Source of the DNA: Deltaproteobacteria bacterium
GTDB lineage: Bacteria; SAR324; XYD2-FULL-50-16
Reading direction: 5' to 3'
DNA: 48,133 bases
NCBI GenBank assembly: GCA_029881655.1
Contig: JAOUME010000003.1
Location: forward strand, 1-48,133
In this document: piece by piece, positions 38,900 to 48,133 of the stretch
Layout: each line of letters opens with the position of its first letter
How positions within the stretch are numbered: the stretch's first letter is position 1
Notes under the pieces: model-generated
The model's input: only the letters and a program-made list of their open reading frames with translations
Told to the model about the DNA's origin: nothing
Database searches by the model: none
Translations under genes and position numbers: made by a program

Positions 38900-38945
38900 T
38901 TTTGAAATTTATCTCCACTACAAAACTCTTCTTTTAAAATATTTT

Positions 38946-39644
38946 ATGTCAAAACAATTCACGGTTCTTATCCTATTTTGTGCCTTTATGGTGTCCTGCC
39001 AAAGCTTAAGCCAAAACCTAAACGAAAGCATCTCCAATAGCGGAATCGAAAGACTCAAGTTAGAGTACCAAATTCAAAAAGCTCCTAGTCTTTCCCACGA
39101 ATTCAATGAACTTTTACATCAGAATGTCGCCGTTTTTTCAGTGATAACCGCCAGGGAAATACCAAGTAATCTTTCCGATGAACTCATTGATATCGTCAGA
39201 CAAAGAATCAATCAAACAGGTTTTTTCTCTAAATTAATTGGAGATGAAACGATTCGGGAGTTTTTCTCAGGGAACCAAGAAGCCAACCATTTAAAGGATA
39301 ACTACTTGGACAGCTTGGTAACAGTATCCGTCTCTGATAAGGATATCATCAATCCTTTGGGAAAAGAGCTCCAATTCGGCAATCTAGTCGTCCTGCACAT
39401 GGATTTGTGGCCCTGTCCGACATGCAAAACAAATGACCTGATCAGGATCAAAGTCCGCGTCGTTGATGCAGATTCCGGTATTATTATCTGGACAGGAATC
39501 AACGAACAGGTTATAAATTTCAAGGAAGAACTGGACTTACCGTTGATATCAAAAAATCTTACCAAAGGTTTGATGACCGCTTTTTATCACCGATTCAAAA
39601 AAAAGTGGCATAAAAAAAGATACGTTCATCTTGCGGAAAATTAA
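38946..39644 (+). CDS. Hypothetical lipoprotein (LpoB/CsgG-like fold possible)
   Basis: Lipobox MVSC; RVVDADSG.IIW strand; CPTC. Confidence 0.65.
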   Translation: MSKQFTVLILFCAFMVSCQSLSQNLNESISNSGIERLKLEYQIQKAPSLSHEFNELLHQNVAVFSVITAREIPSNLSDELIDIVRQRINQTGFFSKLIGDETIREFFSGNQEANHLKDNYLDSLVTVSVSDKDIINPLGKELQFGNLVVLHMDLWPCPTCKTNDLIRIKVRVVDADSGIIIWTGINEQVINFKEELDLPLISKNLTKGLMTAFYHRFKKKWHKKRYVHLAEN

Positions 39645-39661
39645 CAAATTATCTAGATCCC

Positions 39662-40258
39662 ATGTTGAAAACTATTGATATTTTCATTAAAAACCACCTT
39701 TTTTACCCTAAAAAAGAAACGGCGGAAAATACCGAAATCCAAGATAATCCCTTGTTCGGTTATCTTAAGATATATGAAAATCAACATCGTATTCTCTTTG
39801 TTTTGTACAGGGGTTTGATCGTTACTTTTTCTTGTTTTTTATTATTAATCAGCTATTTGATCTTCAACTTGATGGATAACCAGCTTTTCCCCGGCTGGGC
39901 AATATACACATTTTACGGGATTGATATTTTGCTTGCTGTTGGTGTGGTCAAAGCGGTCATTGAATTAAAAAAATACCAAAGAAAAAGTCATAATCTGATG
40001 CGTGAGATCAAAGAACATCTCAAAAAAGATCTTGGAAAACTGGAAAAAATCAAATCAGAACATAACTACATCAGCAACACCCATAAAAAGATCCAGCAAA
40101 AAATCAAATCCATCGGTCTGCAGACAAAAAAACCAGAATTTCTTCAACATGAAGGATGGGACTTCAAGACCTGTCCTCATTGTCACTCGAAAGTTGAGTT
40201 AACAGAGGATACTTGTTCTCACTGTCAGCAGCATCTGGGCGAGACGCTTGAGAATTAA
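39662..40258 (+). CDS. Two-TM protein with coiled coil and C-terminal zinc ribbon
   Basis: Two hydrophobic helices, a charged helical region, then CPHC-x10-CSHC. Confidence 0.75.
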   Translation: MLKTIDIFIKNHLFYPKKETAENTEIQDNPLFGYLKIYENQHRILFVLYRGLIVTFSCFLLLISYLIFNLMDNQLFPGWAIYTFYGIDILLAVGVVKAVIELKKYQRKSHNLMREIKEHLKKDLGKLEKIKSEHNYISNTHKKIQQKIKSIGLQTKKPEFLQHEGWDFKTCPHCHSKVELTEDTCSHCQQHLGETLEN

Positions 40259-40262
40259 GCTT

Positions 40263-41966
40263 CTACTGGGAAATCGCCTTAACAAGCAACTGTCTTTTCC
40301 TTTCACCCCGAAATAGATTTTCCTCTAAAGTAAAAGCGATATCCAGATTTGAACCTGGGGAAAAATCCTGTACACCGTTCCAATAGATCATTTCCAGATC
40401 TTCTCCAAAGTTCCATTTCAAATGTTTTTCCATCATTATCTTTGGCTCCGGCAGCTTTAAATCCTTCAACATAAAAACGGGTTTATCGTTATTAAGGCCG
40501 TAGGGTTCAAACAGCTTTAACCTTTCGATAAGATCAAATGAGCACATTTCCAAAGTCACCTCCAGATCTGTTTCTATTTTTGGGTTTAAAACATTGACCG
40601 TTTCCCGCTTGCAGTATTGGTAGTATTTTTCCTCCAAAATCACGAGGTTTTCTTTCGTTATACTTAGTCCTGCGGCATTGGCGTGACCACCATAAAAAGC
40701 CATGAGATCGCCGTTCTCATGAAGAAAGTCGAACATATTGATGTTGTACGACCGACAAGACCCCTTAATGATTCCATCCAAACCATCAGCCAAAATAATC
40801 GTTGGCAGTTTTAAGCTTTCCATGATTCTGCTAGCAATAATACCAATAAGCCCTTCATGAAAAGAGGGGTCGTAAAGTAAAACCCCCAACTGGTCCCTGG
40901 CGATCACCTCCGCTTTTTCCAATGCGGCCTTTGACATGCTTTGCTGTTTTTTTTGTCTTTTTCTGTTTAACTGAGCTAACAGATTATGATTCTCCTCAGC
41001 TGACTGCTGGTCATCAGAAACTAAGAAATTAAGGGCTTTATCGGCTTCTCCTAAGCGACCCGCGGCATTTATCATCGGTGCCAAACGAAAGGCGATCAGT
41101 CTTGGATCAATTTTTTGGATTTTATTTTTTCTATAAAAGATCTTAAAACACCAAGAGTCAGACTCTTGCCCCTCATCCAAGGCTTTTTGATCCATCTGCT
41201 CCAAACCAAATTTGACGAAAAGCCGATTTAATCCCAGAAGGGGCACTTGATCGGCGATCGTGCCTAGTGCAACCAGATCCAGGTACTTTAATAGATTGGG
41301 TTCAGGTAAGGATTGAGACCAGAAGCCTTTGGTCCTGAGCTCCGTTCTAAGTGCCGTCAAAAACAAAAAAGCGATTCCTACACCAGCTAGATTTTTTTCC
41401 GGATAGGGGCAGCTTTCCTGCTTCGGATTGATCACCAGACACTCGGGCGTTTGCTCTAATATCGGCAAATGGTGATCAGTGATAATTACCTCGATTTGAT
41501 GATCTTGAAGAAAAGACACTTCTTGCTTTGAACAGATCCCGTTATCGACAGTTAATACCAATGAAGGTTTCCTTATAACGATTTCGTCCGCGATTTTTTG
41601 CGTCAGACCATAACCATGTTTAAAACGGCTTGGGATTAAAACCTCAAAATTCTCAATCCGGGAAGCTTGGAAAAAACGGAATATCAATGCGGAAGAGCTG
41701 ATTCCATCGACATCGTAATCCCCCAAAATCAGTATTTTCCCTTTCTCGTTGATAGCTTGAATAACCCTTTGAACAACCTCTTTCATATCTTTAAGAATGA
41801 CAGGATCGGGAATATCCTTTAAGGCTGGCTTAAAAAAAGAGGATGCCTCCTTTAGCGAATCGTCCTTGATGATCGCCTGAACGATCTGATCTTCGGTCGA
41901 AAGGGGAGATTGCTTTTGATACCAAGAATGAAGGTAGGTTTTTGAAATGATTTTTGGACGGATCAT
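40263..41966 (-). CDS. recJ: ssDNA exonuclease RecJ
   Basis: GDYDVDG, VDNG, TDHH, LGTIAD.VPL, INAAGR, GGHANAAG. Confidence 0.95.
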   Translation of the reverse strand: MIRPKIISKTYLHSWYQKQSPLSTEDQIVQAIIKDDSLKEASSFFKPALKDIPDPVILKDMKEVVQRVIQAINEKGKILILGDYDVDGISSSALIFRFFQASRIENFEVLIPSRFKHGYGLTQKIADEIVIRKPSLVLTVDNGICSKQEVSFLQDHQIEVIITDHHLPILEQTPECLVINPKQESCPYPEKNLAGVGIAFLFLTALRTELRTKGFWSQSLPEPNLLKYLDLVALGTIADQVPLLGLNRLFVKFGLEQMDQKALDEGQESDSWCFKIFYRKNKIQKIDPRLIAFRLAPMINAAGRLGEADKALNFLVSDDQQSAEENHNLLAQLNRKRQKKQQSMSKAALEKAEVIARDQLGVLLYDPSFHEGLIGIIASRIMESLKLPTIILADGLDGIIKGSCRSYNINMFDFLHENGDLMAFYGGHANAAGLSITKENLVILEEKYYQYCKRETVNVLNPKIETDLEVTLEMCSFDLIERLKLFEPYGLNNDKPVFMLKDLKLPEPKIMMEKHLKWNFGEDLEMIYWNGVQDFSPGSNLDIAFTLEENLFRGERKRQLLVKAISQ

Positions 41967-44293
41967 GAATTTTTATTGACCAATTTTAACCTCGCTTTTT
42001 TTGAGTCATATGAATCCATGGTTTCTAAAAAATATCTAGACTGCTCGACAAAATAAGATAAAGCGGTAGAATTTTTTCCATCGACATAATTTTTATCAAT
42101 ATAGCCGAAGTATTGCCTGGAATCAACATAGCCTGAAAGTCTGTAGTTCGCCAAACCCATTAAAAAATTCCATTCCACTTTGTTTTTCTTCGAAGGTTTC
42201 ACATCTTCAAGAATATCAATTATCTCATCCCATTTCTCCAAGCTCTTTTTTATCCTTGCCTGTTTCATTTTCAATTCCTGAAGCTCTCCGTTGCTGATAA
42301 TTCCTCCGCTACTCATTTTCATGACCAACTTGTCAAAATCAATCGGATTATAAGATTTCTCAAGATACCTTGGAAAATCAATAAAATATATCTTGTGGGA
42401 CGAACCTTTGACAGTACCAATCTCGTTGAACTTGTGACTTCTTTCAACTCTCACCTGATTTTTTAGCTCCTCAAGCTGGATTTCATCCAGCCTAAAAGGG
42501 ATTATTGAATTGCAGTCACTACAGTAAATATCATTTGGTATCCAGACGGATTCGGTTAGAAAGTTTTCCATATAGTAAATAACCGATTCGTCGATATAAA
42601 CCTTATCCAAATTGTAACTAGAAACGATACCGCAGTGATCGCAACGAAGTCGAGCCGACATGACTAAACCCGATTTTCTCTTGATAAATCCTTCGCTGAG
42701 GATATCTTTTTTTAAACTATCTGGAATTTCTATTTTTAACACTTGTGATAAAAATAGCAAAAGCTCTGCCTTTTGATCGTCCATCGGCTGATCACAATCA
42801 ATCAAAAGTTCCAAAAAAGATTCATCCGGCAGGTACTCAATGGTTTGATACAACATTTCATAATGGGTTTCAGTTAAATAATCGAAATTTTTCCATAACA
42901 ACCCAATGATTTTTTTCTGCGGATGGAGTTGGAAAAGTTTTAAAGCATAATCAACTGCGATAACATCCTTTTTATCGATGTAATATTTAAAATTCTCGAA
43001 ATAGATCTGAAACAAAACATCAACCAGATATTTTGAATAGTTTGGGTTAGGGAAAAAACTGGACCAAGGGATATCATAACCTAAGAACTTCCCCTGAAAA
43101 AGTCCCCAAAGAACCTCGGATTTCGATTTCTCGATGGAAAGTGAAAATTCTTTCTTGGTTATTTTTAATTGTTTTCCCGTCCAAATGGGTGCTTCCGGGA
43201 AAAAAAGATTTAATATCCTTTCCTGGTTTTCCTGGGTCAAAAGAGATGAATGATAATAATTGGCAATATGGTGAAGATTTTCATCGGGGTTTTCGAGCCA
43301 CTGCTTAACATACTTTGAGACAATTAAATAAATAGGAATCGATAATAAATAAAATGACTCCAGTTTGTTGATTTTAATAACTGTATTTCCAAATTGCTCC
43401 TTTTTATCGTGAAATTTCTCTACCACCCAAAGCTGCCTATGGTAATCCTCAAGAGGGATCACATCTTTTATATTTTTGATGATTTTATAAACACCTTCGA
43501 TAAATTCACCATATTTTTTTGGAATGTCCGAATGCGTTTCAAAAAAACTTTTGAGGGAGCGATCAACATCGTGCCACAGTTGCTGATCGAGGATGTTAAC
43601 GTTAATTCCAAACATATTCAAGCATTGCTTGAGTATTGAGTTAAGACTATACCCGCTAAGAAGTTTGCTTGATATCCATTCGTAGATCTCCATTTTACCG
43701 AAAAAATTGATAAATTGAAAGGTTAGTTCCACATCGGAGAACAAATCCCTGATAATGAAATAATGATCAATGATCCTTTCGATCTCTTCTTTCTCTTCAC
43801 AAAACAAAAGCAAAGAACCAATCAAAACCGTGCTCTTGATCAAATCCTTTCGGTAACTCATTAAATCCTGCAAAACGATTGGAATATGCCTCTTTTTATC
43901 TATATTTAAAAACGAATCAACAGCCACCTCCAACTCAATTCGGGTTGATTGCTCGCTCATCACCAATTGGCGGTACCATTTCTGTAACAATCCGATGGAA
44001 AAATCGTTCGGAAACACCGACAAACAGTAGGCAGCAGCGTACTTGAGTTGCCCTTCCGATTCGCGGAATATTTTCACGGCATCCTTGAAATGCTGATCAA
44101 GTTTCAATTCAGATATTTTGGATAAACCCGCTTCCTGAATTTCAATAAAAGGGGAATCAATAAAGTTGTGAATTTCTTTTTCTACTTTATCAGGATAATG
44201 GATTAGGAATTGGTAAGCACCCCAAATCGCGACCGTTTCATTTCTTGAAACCAATGCATCTTTGATCGTTTTAAGGCTATATATTTTTTCCAT
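41963..44293 (-). CDS. Large helical (HEAT-like) protein with CxxC...CxxC zinc site and C-terminal TPR-like region
   Basis: 776-aa ORF; HEAT-like N-terminus, CDHC and CSDC; ATGA overlap with recJ. Confidence 0.75.
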   Translation of the reverse strand: MEKIYSLKTIKDALVSRNETVAIWGAYQFLIHYPDKVEKEIHNFIDSPFIEIQEAGLSKISELKLDQHFKDAVKIFRESEGQLKYAAAYCLSVFPNDFSIGLLQKWYRQLVMSEQSTRIELEVAVDSFLNIDKKRHIPIVLQDLMSYRKDLIKSTVLIGSLLLFCEEKEEIERIIDHYFIIRDLFSDVELTFQFINFFGKMEIYEWISSKLLSGYSLNSILKQCLNMFGINVNILDQQLWHDVDRSLKSFFETHSDIPKKYGEFIEGVYKIIKNIKDVIPLEDYHRQLWVVEKFHDKKEQFGNTVIKINKLESFYLLSIPIYLIVSKYVKQWLENPDENLHHIANYYHSSLLTQENQERILNLFFPEAPIWTGKQLKITKKEFSLSIEKSKSEVLWGLFQGKFLGYDIPWSSFFPNPNYSKYLVDVLFQIYFENFKYYIDKKDVIAVDYALKLFQLHPQKKIIGLLWKNFDYLTETHYEMLYQTIEYLPDESFLELLIDCDQPMDDQKAELLLFLSQVLKIEIPDSLKKDILSEGFIKRKSGLVMSARLRCDHCGIVSSYNLDKVYIDESVIYYMENFLTESVWIPNDIYCSDCNSIIPFRLDEIQLEELKNQVRVERSHKFNEIGTVKGSSHKIYFIDFPRYLEKSYNPIDFDKLVMKMSSGGIISNGELQELKMKQARIKKSLEKWDEIIDILEDVKPSKKNKVEWNFLMGLANYRLSGYVDSRQYFGYIDKNYVDGKNSTALSYFVEQSRYFLETMDSYDSKKARLKLVNKNS

Positions 44294-44496
44294 TATTATT
44301 AATGCGAAAACTAAGAAAGCGCTCTTAACTTAATATTTATTTTATTGTTTTAATTGGGGTTGAAAAGCAAGTCCCATTTTTTTGATTTTTACAGTGCTAA
44401 ATTATTTATACTAGCAGTCTCTCAAAGCATCAAGTTAAAATCATGATATTTTCGACTTCATCAAAATCAAATAACCAAAAAAATGATCTAAGCCAC

Positions 44497-44525
44497 TTGC
44501 TTACTTCACCTGAAAAAGTTAGATT
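44497..44525 (+). promoter_or_regulatory. Putative sigma70 promoter of the purDE-purN operon
   Basis: TTGCTT-N17-TAGATT. Confidence 0.45.
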
Positions 44526-44612
44526 TCAATCAGGAACCATTGACTTTAATTAGCATTAACCCGAGCCACCTTTTCTTTAAGCGTTTTAGCAAACTCACTT
44601 TAATCATAACTG

Positions 44613-46376
44613 ATGAATGTACTTATCGTTGGCGCGGGCGGCAGAGAGCATGCCCTAGCCTGGAAATGTTCAAAAAGCGCTAAAATCTCATCGCTTTTCG
44701 TGACCCCTGGAAATGGAGGAATTGCCAAAATCGCCGAATGTCTCGGAATAACCGACATTGATGAGATCGTCAAGCTGGCGGTAGACAACAAGATTGATTT
44801 GGCAATCATCGGACAGGAAGATTACTTGGTAAAAGGGCTTACCGAGTTGTTAGAAGTCAAGGGGATCTCGGTTTTTGGCCCGGGCAAATTCGCCTCCCAG
44901 CTTGAGGGAAGCAAGGTCTTCGCAAAAGAATTCATGCAAAAGCACAAAATCCCGTCCGCCAGCTACGAGGTCTTTAATGATCCAAAAAAAGCATCTAAAC
45001 ACCTAAAGGCACAACAACCACCCTATGTCATCAAAGCGAGCGGGCTGGCTGCCGGAAAAGGAGTGATCCTTGTCGATGATTTTGAGCAGGCCGAAAAAGC
45101 CATTGAGCGGATCATGGTGGATAAGTGCTTTGGAGAGGCGGGCGAACAGGTTGTCATCGAAGAATTTCTCAAGGGCGAGGAAGCTTCCTGGTTCGTCATC
45201 ACCGATGGCGAAAACTTCCACTGCGCTCCAAGCCTCCAGGATCATAAAAGACAGCTTGATCTCGATCAAGGCCCCAATACAGGCGGCATGGGGTGTTACT
45301 CCCCTGCGCCAGTCGTCACGAAGGCGGTTCAAGAGAAAATCATCAGAGAGATCGTTGAGCCTACCCTGGAAGGGATGAAAAAAGAGGGGCATCCCTATAA
45401 AGGCGTTTTATACATCGGCCTGATGATTGACCAGCAGCAACCAAAGGTCATCGAATACAACATCCGTTTCGGCGATCCAGAGTGTCAACCCTTAATGATG
45501 CTTTTAGACAGTGATCTATTGGAGATCGCTTTGGCCGCTACTGAAAAAAGACTCGATAAAATCTCAATTGACTGGAAGCAAAAATCAGCTGTTTCCCTGA
45601 TATTGGCATCGGGGGGGTATCCCCACTCCTACCAAAAAGGCCACGTCATTCAAGGATTAGAAGAGATCATTGAAGGCGATGATCTGATGGTTTTTCACGC
45701 TGGCACAAAAAAAGATCAAAACCGTTTTATGACTTCCGGCGGCAGAGTCCTTGGCGTAACCTGCCTTGCCGATGATCTCCCGAGTGCCATTGAAAAAGTC
45801 TATGAGACCGCTAAATACGTTCATTGGCCACAAATGCAATACCGCAGGGATATTGGCCTGAAAGGATTAAAAAGAATGAGCGGTAGCCGCTCTGAAAATC
45901 TGGTTACAATCCTTATGGGATCGGCCTCCGATGCTCCCGTTGCAAAAAAAGCCACCCAAATTTTAAAACAGTTCAATATCTCCTTTAAGGTTTATGTTTC
46001 TTCGGCTCACCGTACTCCGGAGAGAACCCGGAATCTTATTCAGCAGACAGAAAAAGATGGTTGCGAGGTTTATATCGCCATTGCCGGTATGGCGGCTCAC
46101 CTCCCAGGGGTTATCGCCTCTGAAACCCAAAAACCGGTCATCGGGATTCCCGTTGATAGCATGTTAGGAGGACAAGACGCCCTTTACGCGATCGTTCAAA
46201 TGCCACCTGGAATCCCGGTCGCGACCGTCGGAATCAACCGTGGTGAAAACGCGGCTCTCTTGGCGACTCAAATTCTGGCATTGAAATACCCGGCGATAGC
46301 GGCCTATCACCAAGAATACCGCCTGCAAATGGAACAAAAGGTCATCACTTCTCAGGCGGGGATAGTAGACGCATGA
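44613..46376 (+). CDS. purD-purE: Fused phosphoribosylamine-glycine ligase / PurE
   Basis: GAGGREHALAW, GLAAGKGV, GPNTGGMG, EYNIRFGDPE, GGRVL; then MGSASD, SAHRTP, AAHLPG, QMPPGIPVATV. Confidence 0.95.
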   Translation: MNVLIVGAGGREHALAWKCSKSAKISSLFVTPGNGGIAKIAECLGITDIDEIVKLAVDNKIDLAIIGQEDYLVKGLTELLEVKGISVFGPGKFASQLEGSKVFAKEFMQKHKIPSASYEVFNDPKKASKHLKAQQPPYVIKASGLAAGKGVILVDDFEQAEKAIERIMVDKCFGEAGEQVVIEEFLKGEEASWFVITDGENFHCAPSLQDHKRQLDLDQGPNTGGMGCYSPAPVVTKAVQEKIIREIVEPTLEGMKKEGHPYKGVLYIGLMIDQQQPKVIEYNIRFGDPECQPLMMLLDSDLLEIALAATEKRLDKISIDWKQKSAVSLILASGGYPHSYQKGHVIQGLEEIIEGDDLMVFHAGTKKDQNRFMTSGGRVLGVTCLADDLPSAIEKVYETAKYVHWPQMQYRRDIGLKGLKRMSGSRSENLVTILMGSASDAPVAKKATQILKQFNISFKVYVSSAHRTPERTRNLIQQTEKDGCEVYIAIAGMAAHLPGVIASETQKPVIGIPVDSMLGGQDALYAIVQMPPGIPVATVGINRGENAALLATQILALKYPAIAAYHQEYRLQMEQKVITSQAGIVDA

Positions 46377-46996
46377 GCAATCTGGCCGTTTTTATCTCCG
46401 GAAACGGAAGCAACCTTCAGGCGATCATCAACCGCTGGAAAAAAGAAGACACCGCTTTCGACATCAAACTTGTCTTTTGTAACAAAGATGACGCTTACGG
46501 GATCAGAAGGGCAACCAAGGCGGGTATACCGGTAAAGATCCTGTTGCACAGCGATTTTGTTGATAGACAAGCCTACGACCAAAAAATACAGGAGATCATG
46601 CTGGCGCATCAAATCGACCTGATTGCGTTGGCCGGGTTCATGAGACTCTTAAGCTCTTGGTTTGTCGAGAAATGGGCCGGAAAAATCTTAAATATCCACC
46701 CCTCACTTCTACCCGCTTTTCCAGGATTAAACGCTCAAAAACAAGCCTTGGAACATGGTGTCAGGTTTAGTGGATGCAGTGTTTTTTTTGTTGACTCTGG
46801 AGTCGATACTGGGGCGATCATCAGCCAAGCGGTCGTCCCCATTTTCCTAAACGACAGCTTGGAGACACTTTCAAAGCGAATCCTGAAAAAAGAGCACCTG
46901 ATTTTCCCTACCGCGATCAACGATGTAGCTCTGGGAAAGGTTTCGCTATGTAACAGTAAGGCTGTATTTAAAATAAAGGCAACCCAAACAAATTAA
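46373..46996 (+). CDS. purN: Phosphoribosylglycinamide formyltransferase
   Basis: ISGNGSNLQA, LAGFMRLL, NIHPSLLPAFPG, VDTGAII. Confidence 0.96.
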   Translation: MSNLAVFISGNGSNLQAIINRWKKEDTAFDIKLVFCNKDDAYGIRRATKAGIPVKILLHSDFVDRQAYDQKIQEIMLAHQIDLIALAGFMRLLSSWFVEKWAGKILNIHPSLLPAFPGLNAQKQALEHGVRFSGCSVFFVDSGVDTGAIISQAVVPIFLNDSLETLSKRILKKEHLIFPTAINDVALGKVSLCNSKAVFKIKATQTN

Positions 46997-46997
46997 A

Positions 46998-47345
46998 ATG
47001 ACAAAAACATCCATCGCCTGGTTTTATTCCAGAAAAGGCTGAACTACCGCCAAAAAAGCTCAAGAGTTTCTTGAGAGAAAAAGGATTCAAATCGAAGATA
47101 CCCAGTATTCAGGCGAAGTTAAATTTAACGCCGAACAAGCTTGGGAACTGCTCAAAAAAGCCGAAACGATCTATTGCGCGAAAGGAAAAAGAATTATTTG
47201 TTTTGTGCCGGAGAAAGATCCCAAAGAGGATATCCTTAAAAAGATCATCGGCCCTAGTGGAAACCTTAGAGCCCCAACATTAAAAATCGGAGAGATATTT
47301 ATCGTTGGCTTTAATCTCGACCTTTATACGGAAAAAATCGCGTGA
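46998..47345 (+). CDS. ArsC/Spx-family selenoprotein (UGA readthrough at codon 15)
   Basis: Manual translation: MTKTSIAWFYSRKG(U)TTAKKAQEFLERK...IIGPSGNLRAPTLKIGEIFIVGFN...KIA*. TGA at 47040-42 occupies the first redox-motif position. Absent from the ORF track. Confidence 0.82.
47059..47075 (+). promoter_or_regulatory. Candidate bacterial SECIS apical hairpin
   Basis: CTCAAGA-GTT-TCTTGAG: 7-bp perfect stem, loop begins with G, 23 nt between the UGA and the loop. Confidence 0.6.
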
Positions 47346-47469
47346 GTTAAAGGCTGTCGAAAAATCTATTTTCATTGACCTAGATACTCCATAAACATTA
47401 TGCATGAATTCACCCCAAGATATCGGTTTTTTGGACGTTATCTTTTCCTTAAACTCCCGGAAGTGTTGA

Positions 47470-48133
<664 letters not shown>

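Noticed and set aside
12074-46376. Other TGA stops (hldE, rsmD, mutS, HEAT protein, purDE) as Sec codons
   Set aside because: They fall at expected C-termini, mostly in start/stop overlaps, with no redox-motif context.
2416-46920. Numerous 60-180 aa ORFs nested in or antisense to long genes (e.g. 6727-7101, 17070-17612, 22352-22720, 37149-37568, 45003-45392)
   Set aside because: They overlap well-supported genes and show no motifs or start signals.

Overview
Gene-dense, AT-rich bacterial chromosomal segment. Gene content (purD-purE fusion, mutS-amidase pairing, long UbiD, ArsC-like selenoprotein) suggests a deltaproteobacterial/SAR324-like organism; this is an inference. About 38 CDSs are supported, mostly housekeeping or envelope genes: ABC permease (5'-truncated), Cys-type GST, FabMG-family enoyl-ACP reductase, DUF362, rpsA, hldE, rsmD, rsmI, UbiD decarboxylase, lspA, M16C peptidase, family-4 UDG, htpG, lptD, mutS, amidase, recJ, purDE, purN and purA (3'-truncated, not in the ORF track). 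I saw no rRNA, tRNA, CRISPR array, transposase or integrase. Main observations: (1) an ArsC-family selenoprotein missed by the ORF track (46998-47345; in-frame TGA, SECIS-like hairpin, U-T-T-A motif), 1 nt after purN inside a purine gene cluster; (2) two sigma54-type -24/-12 promoters, one before a divergent Hsp20 and one before a small SutA-like protein with a structured leader, flanking a PreP-like protease gene; (3) an htpG-lptD operon ending in a lipoprotein with an LptM-like N-terminus and a CxxC; (4) two neighbouring enzymes with degenerate catalytic motifs (a DAGK-like protein and the HldE adenylyltransferase domain); (5) a HEAT/Zn-ribbon protein coupled to recJ. All family calls come from motif recognition, not from database searches.
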